A stretch of 55,571 nt of DNA, counting the filler, from Bipalium vagum (Eukaryota), in NCBI GenBank assembly GCA_037834085.1. It is 3 parts of 3 records of this genome, joined end to end, with 100 filler letters (N's around TTAATTAATTAA, not from the genome) between each part and the next. Parts side by side here need not be neighbours in the genome. Positions count along the whole stretch, not along the records: positions 38,171 to 55,571 come from JBBMKC010067482.1; 2 more parts are not named here. One strand, 5' to 3'. The position numbers and the translations under genes were made by a program. Below are positions 49,901 to 55,571 of this stretch, piece by piece. Under the pieces are notes generated by a model. The model had not been told where the DNA came from, did not search any database, and saw nothing but the letters and a program-made list of their open reading frames with translations. The first letter of the stretch is position 1. Each line of letters starts with the position of its first letter.

Positions 49901-52900
49901 CACCACGTCCCTTGCCTTGTTGAAGGCAGCAATGGCTTTGTATGAGAACCGATCGTGGGCGAGTTTGTATTCCGGGACGAGCTGAGTATTAAAAGTAGTT
50001 CAAATCCCTGTCGTGACTACAAGCCCAAACCTTTTTCAATTGTTTGATCTCCTCTATTTGAACGGATATCGATTTCATTTGGGATTGCACGATCAAAGTG
50101 TTTTCCCCTATTTGATTCAGAATTGCCGAGGCTGCGTTAGTCTTGTCGAGCAGAACCTGTTTTTCGTGATCAAGTTGTTTGGAAAGGTTGTTCACCAGCT
50201 GATTCTGTTCATTAAAAAGCGAAAGAGCTTCCAAAGCTGTCGTGTTATCCTTTTCAATGTCGACCAACTTTCCTCTTACAAGCTGACAGAACCTAAGAGT
50301 AGTCACATTAACTACAAGAACCTTTGTACAACATTTACCCTTGACGTATCACTCAACATTATAATTATTATATTTATTATTACTATTATTAACGGTTACG
50401 GTGAAACTTGGGAAAGATAAACCAAATTGAATATAGACGAACTTTTCCACAAGTCTTTCAAAGGCGGTGTTGTTAGCACAACCAAGGGTATTTAATGAGC
50501 CTTTATTAATGGAGTCTAAGGGTTCAGAATAAATTCGAGACATCTCAAACTCTTGAACGACGGCGTGGATATTGGAAAGTAAGTGGGAACAATTCTCTTT
50601 TTCGTTGTCCATCAAACTTTCTTTAAGTATGGGAAAGCTGTCGACAATATAGCGCGTTGTATCAATCAGTTCGCGGCCGTTCCACATCATATGCCAGATG
50701 GTGTTCAATCTTCCAACCAGTTGACAATTGTGAAGGGTCCACTCTTGGAACGAGAAGGAGTAGCAGTTGTTGATGATGATCGCAAAACGAAAATTGTTTA
50801 TTACATTTCTTAATGAAAGATGATGTTAACGGACAGGGCTTGAAAAGACAAAAACAAAAGACAATTCCATTCTTACTGGACGAAGAAGTTCCAGGCTGTG
50901 TTTCGGGAATAGTTGAGACCATTTTTGAGAACCTCCGTTCGAACAGCGTTGACAATGTGAGTCTGTTGTTCGAAGGAGAACAAGTCCTCCACAGACTTGT
51001 TGAGGATGAAATCTCGAATGCATTGCGTAACTCCTGGAATCTTTATGTCTCCGTCTCGGATCAACATGACAATCTTTTCGTTCTAATTATTTAACTGTTA
51101 TCAAATGCTGATATCAATCAGTGCTCCTACTTTACATCCGGCAGATACTAATACATTATTCAGTTCTTTATGGAAACATTCTGCTGAATAGTGTTGGGTG
51201 TTCAAGATGGCCGGGTTGGGATGCGCCACTTGGAAACCAGAAAGATGAGCGGAAAATTTTAGTAAAGTGGTCGTTAGTCCCGGAGAACCGTCTGCAACCA
51301 GCAAACAGTGACCCCTGTTTTCTTTCAAATTCAAAATCCTTGAAACTCGACAAATGATGTTTATGTTTGCCTTTTGGGAGCATAATTGATTAATGATTAA
51401 AATGCAGCATAATGAATAATTATTATTGATAATATTATTATTAATTTTTAAGGTGATACAACAAAGTTAAATTTATTTACAAAATATTCGTTATTTCCAA
51501 TCAAAGGTACATTACTGAAAGGCATTGATGATGTGACCGGAAAAAATAAAACTCCCGTTGAGCTGTTAGTTAAACAGCGCTCTCCCAAACCTTTCAATAA
51601 CATATCAATAGCGTTTTGATCTTTTCATTAACTAAAGCAGACATACTCTGAGCTACCGATGATCTTGATAGTTTTGCCATTGAATTTCATTGGCGGTTTC
51701 GGTGAACAATGAAGACTTTGTCATTTACCATTTTCATACTTCAAATGTTGTGTTCCATTAATTAGGTTATTCGAAAACATTTTTCTCTTTTAGGTTAATG
51801 CTAGCCTTATTTCAAAATAATGACATTCTTTTATATTATTAATTCAATATTCATTTAACAATCGATATGCCAATTTTTATTGATTTTTATATTAATGGCT
51901 TGAAATTTGATATGCATGACAAAAAATTACATATTCGATATCACATTATACATTATTATTTGTATTATCCTATAAAACTAACACATTGTTAAAAAGTTTC
52001 AACAGATCGTTTTTATTTTACAAGACAGAACTCAGGAAAAAAATAAAATCCGTCGTTTTGACAGACAAAGTTGGGCTATCTTTTGGAATCCACTTTTGTA
52101 AAACTCTGCACGGCGGAGTCAAAACATTTCGCCAGTTCCTCACAAAGAGATTAATTTTCAAAACACAATCCTCGGAGAAAATGAAATTGCGGGAAACCAA
52201 TGAAATTCAGATGCTGTGACATCTGGAGAATACGGCGGATGTATCAATAGTTCAATTCCATCAAGATGGAATATATTTGTTATTGGTTTCCTTGAAGTTT
52301 GAGGCTAATTTATAGATAAGTATTGATATCTTCTGTTTGGGTTGTTAAATAAGATTCACTTTCATCCATGGAAAGAATTCTTTTGATAAAAAGGTGGTCC
52401 AAAGGGCTTTTAAAAGTGACTCTCAAATTCAAAGCTGTTTATTTACCTGACTTTCCGACAGCTCATAAGAATAGATTACAGACATTCTTTCCCTATAGAA
52501 TGAACATGTCCTTGAATGGTGGACTTCGTATAAACAAATTTAGCCGCTAATTGACGAATTGGTTGAGACGGATTGAATCCATCTTATTTTTTCAAGATAT
52601 CTTCATCAAACACGGATATCCTTCCGCAACGGAGAGTCACCCGATTAAAACTTGGCAAACCACCACATGGCTGTCCTCTTCTTTATTTCGTCTGGTGGTT
52701 CAATTTCTCTAATCAAATGGACCCCTTCCGACGTGGAAAAATTCTTTTCCCAATAATGTCGTGACATTACAAATCTCATATTTTATCGTCATATTTGGCG
52801 GTAAAAATATATTAATAAAACAATTTTGTATAAAAACATTTTTCAATATTATATTTAGAGAGTTAAATATTGATTTTTACGAGTCATAAATTACTTTGCA

Positions 52901-54300
52901 TCCTTTCGTACTCCAAAGATGAACTTCATTTAAGTCTTAATAACAAAAATAGACATTTTAAGGTACAGCCTAATATCTTGATAATACATTATCGACTGAT
53001 GTTTTATTATTGTGGTCTTTGGTTTGATTATCATCGATGATTACTGTTGTTATCAAACCTTACCCGATGCAGGTGGACGCGAATCGGTGGATGAACCTTG
53101 TTATATTCACCGAGAGCCATGTTGAGATGATCTGCTAATCTCTGTTCGTTGGTAACAGGACCATAATTATTGAATTGACTGGACACGTTTGGAATGGTGG
53201 TTGAAATGTTATTAGTATTTTTATTATCAAACATCCCTGGTCCCGTTCCCGATTCTGTGATCCTCAATCTATGATCTGTATCAGTGATTTTGATAGTACT
53301 GAATAGAGGAAGCTGAGGATCCAGCAGGGTCACCATCTTTGATTAAAAATCAATTAAAGCGGATCAGATCTTTCAAACGGTACTCACAGGTATATCTATG
53401 GATTTCTAAAATGGTAAAAGTTATGTTAAGTGTCACATGTATCGACATGTAAAAGTTACATATTTATCGGCGAGTTCTCCTTTCACTGTCGACTCGTAAG
53501 TCTCCTGATACTTGTTGATGTGAATCTGGTCGACCATCCGTTTTTCGAAAGCCCAGTAACATTCGTTTCTCCAAACCACCAAAACGTCCTTGATAGTGAC
53601 CTTCTCGCAGGTGATTGATTCACAGAAATTGTAAAAAATTTGCACCAAGGTATTGAGGTTAAACCGATAATGGGTCGGTTTGGATTTCATTACTTTAAAT
53701 TGCTGGTTTAGTCTTTCCTGTAAAGAGAACAGTTAAGGTGAACTGAAAGTAAGTCTCATTCCGTTATAAAGCGGTAACATTAACGACATATCAGATGTGA
53801 AGTAAGTACTTGAAGATCGATGGTGATGTTTATCAACTGATCAACCATCTGAGGAAGATTGGGGTCGGTACTGTGATTGAGAATGATGCCAGAATCACTT
53901 CTCATTGCCGTGGACCCAAACAAGTGACCTTTGACTAACACAGAGAATATTGACTTTTCGTCTTCAATACTGAAAACGGCACAATAATCATAAATCAAAT
54001 CCTCGCTAAACATCCAGACACAAGAACCATTCAAAAACAGAAAGCAGAAAACCTTGGCTTTTGGAGATCAACAATACTGAAATGTCTTAACAGTCTCGGG
54101 TCGAGATCGGTTACATTTTCTGTGTCAATGGTTGCCAAAATATTGATATTCCTCAATTGGATCTTCGTGAATTCTTCAGAGAACGACAATTTCTTCTGAG
54201 AACCAAGATTCTCATTTGTTAGATTTTGGCCATGCCAGAACCCCGAGGAGTCCATCAGTTCTCGGACATATTCATTGACAGAGCTTACTCCAGAGGAATT
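38264..54300 (-). CDS. Divergent (axonemal-type) dynein heavy chain, partial: AAA3, AAA4, stalk/MTBD, AAA5, start of AAA6; 25 exons
   Basis: Manually spliced with GT-AG introns and consistent phases, in transcript order: 54053-54300, 53810-53969, 53460-53717, 53388-53405, 53064-53336, 51131-51370, 50877-51082, 50443-50808, 50031-50292, 49807-49981, 49693-49759, 46785-47136, 46393-46669, 45008-45061, 44764-44946, 44520-44712, 42597-42745, 42345-42549, 41157-41519, 40906-41108, 40754-40819, 40253-40694, 38876-38985, 38655-38829, 38264-38606 (5388 nt, 1796 codons). Dynein motifs: DPRLLRHF, HYRFNL, WRNECYWAFEKRMVD, ICRVSRIL..RGHCLLV, LTSLRSLQNPP, LCRWAHHV..Y...KVKPL, IAAGFVTYLGYF, RFTVIVDPTG, LEEAISNG, VPDWIP...W, KLILLRIFRPDR. 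The 5' part lies beyond the window and the 3' part is cut by the spacer. Confidence 0.92.
39185..39333 (-). mobile_element. hAT-like transposase C-terminal fragment in a dynein intron
   Basis: YPPLTTADVERSFPMFKNLL...F..ENL...IIHCN matches the hAT-type motif P-x-T-S-x-x-V-E-R-S-F-S. Confidence 0.65.
39415..39975 (+). mobile_element. Mariner (DD34D) catalytic-domain relic in a dynein intron
   Basis: LWKIVTEDQKWIHYEN...AKPN...VLCIWWDIKEVLYNELLEAGETV...WEIMEHSAYSPDTAPTIFHLFRS, with frameshifts. Confidence 0.85.
41640..42065 (+). mobile_element. Decayed mariner fragment (mellifera-like)
   Basis: NGKGVIYHHDHTTSHRTLVT...GELG resembles NRKGVVFHHDNARPHTSLVTRQKLLELG. Confidence 0.55.
42850..43400 (-). 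mobile_element. Highly decayed mariner-like fragment
   Basis: Minus-strand FHHDNV and LSPSD motifs occur in the expected order. Confidence 0.35.
48437..49654 (-). mobile_element. Near full-length mariner element (cecropia/Hsmar1-like), non-functional
   Basis: About 30-bp TIRs (ttaggttgtaaagaaataaatggcggtttt / aaaagccgccagcaatttctttacaacctat) with TA on both sides; 1218 bp. Transposase remnants FRAVFLYEYKMG...QHWFLRF...KWVPHDLT...FLDHILTCDEKW, with stops and frameshifts. Confidence 0.92.
52040..52975 (-). mobile_element. Decayed mariner element in a dynein intron
   Basis: WWFAKF*SGD (HTH region), ..KRILSMDE.., and LIHPPYSPDVTASEFHWF occur in order; TIR-like end cagcctaa-TA at ~52975. Confidence 0.7.
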
Positions 54301-54825
54301 CTGAACAGACAAGACGCGTTACTTTGATATTTTTATAAATTGTTTATTGGAAGTAAAAAGGAAAAAAATATTGATGAGAACTGTCACTTGTTTAATGTCC
54401 AGAATATCCGGGTTGGTTTATTAATGGAAAAAGTATAGCTGTTACTTGGGGGCAAAAGTACAGTGTTAAGGAGCAAGCGACCAGATTTTTCAGATTACAT
54501 AGACGCGCAAGTTTAAATGGAGCTCTTAAAATCAACTGGATCACACATCTCAAAGAACGTATTTGTGGATGCTTTGATGACAAATATGAATGGAACATTG
54601 TATCAAGGATTATGATTGGGTCCCGATCGAATTTTACATCAATCAAAAACCATTTTTAATGGATAGAACCGGTAACAGAAGTCTTTTCATTGGTTTTTTT
54701 AATTTTCCTTTGGTCTTTATAATATAAAGTTATACATGTAATTATAAATTATTTTATATTATTTATATTATATTAAATTAAAGATTTGATTATTTTGTTT
54801 TAATTCGAATTATTTTTGATTCATA

Positions 54826-55390
54826 CAGGGTGCGCCAACAGTCCCTTCCTACCCATTTAATTAAAATAGAAGTCAAAACTAAATACAAAAATAAAAAAAA
54901 TTATTAATACAATATATTTCAATAGAGGCATAATCTTTTGGTTTACTTTTTAAAGATTGTCTTTTAAACGATGGCCGCCAGAGCGTTTACAAATTTCAGC
55001 TCTTTTTAAAACATTTTTCATTGTTGATACCAAGATTGTTTGAGTTATAGCCGTTATTTCTTCTTTAATATTATTTTTTAACATTGTTAATGTATGTGGC
55101 TTATTGATATATACATTCTGTTTGAAATAGCCCCAAAGGGAAAAATCAGGAGCCGTCAAATCCGGTGATCTGGGAGGCCAAGGAAAATCTGAATTTCTTG
55201 AAATTATTCGATTTCCAAAGTGTTTTCTAAGGAGCTGCATTGAGGCTTTAGATATATATATTTTTTTCTTCCAATATATATATATTTGCATTGTTCATAA
55301 AATTTATCTAAAAAATAAAATTTGAAAATTATTTAAATTATAAAAAGTTATGATCATTTTTAGATAGGAAGTGACTTTTGGCGCACCCTG
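54826..55390 (-). mobile_element. Internally deleted Tc1/mariner-superfamily element of DD41D (rosa)-like type
   Basis: 30-bp TIRs CAGGGTGCGCCAA.AGTC.CTTCCTA.C.A (26/30 identical) with TA duplications; 565 bp. Retains the transposase C-terminus FGNRIISR..FPWPPRSPDLTAPDFSLWGYFKQNVY..KP..L..LK..I. Confidence 0.88.
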
Positions 55391-55571
55391 TATGATTGGT
55401 TAATTTATTACATTGTTACTGAATTTTTTAAGTTATTGGCAAATATACACAGCGTGTGATGTTGTGTAATATAATCAATAAAATGAGATTTAAGATACAG
55501 GGTTTTAACCTCTATTTAGTTTTTTTAAACTTCAATATAGTATTTTAAAGTTCAATTTAGTTTTTTTAAAC

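Noticed and set aside
40652-53618. Plus-strand ORFs overlapping dynein exons (e.g. 42614-42826, 50013-50420, 50813-51094)
   Set aside because: Antisense shadows of GC-richer coding exons.
2698-54300. A ciliary gene cluster (NME8-like gene plus dynein heavy chain) as a functional unit
   Set aside because: The two genes are on different contigs separated by two artificial spacers, and animal genes are not generally clustered by pathway. Linkage is unsupported.
54392-54646. 84-aa minus-strand ORF as a dynein exon
   Set aside because: No dynein motif and no compatible splice sites; probably intronic repeat-derived sequence.

Overview
AT-rich eukaryotic, probably animal, genomic DNA: GT-AG introns, mariner/hAT relics and (AAT)n microsatellites. 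It is in three contigs joined by two identical artificial 100-nt spacers (N44-TTAATTAATTAA-N44 at 16515-16614 and 38071-38170). Contig 1 carries the standout feature, an uninterrupted 9.8-kb ORF (~3270 aa) related to the ciliary multi-NDK proteins NME8/NME9 (TXNDC3 / sea-urchin outer-arm dynein IC1 type). About 50 tandem ~55-aa repeats sit between its first and second NDK domains. By eye the repeat unit is an amplified copy of the NDK1-end/linker/NDK2-start junction, including the catalytic phospho-His position, and the array has an 8-unit (~1.3 kb) higher-order period. Contig 1 also holds two inverted copies of a hairpin-rich LTR-like repeat. Contig 2 is mostly non-coding, with one small single-pass membrane protein exon and transposon relics. 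Contig 3 holds 25 manually spliced exons (~1796 codons, AAA3 to the start of AAA6) of a strongly divergent dynein heavy chain on the minus strand, with transposon relics in most of its long introns. All family calls come from motif recognition by eye; no database searches were run.
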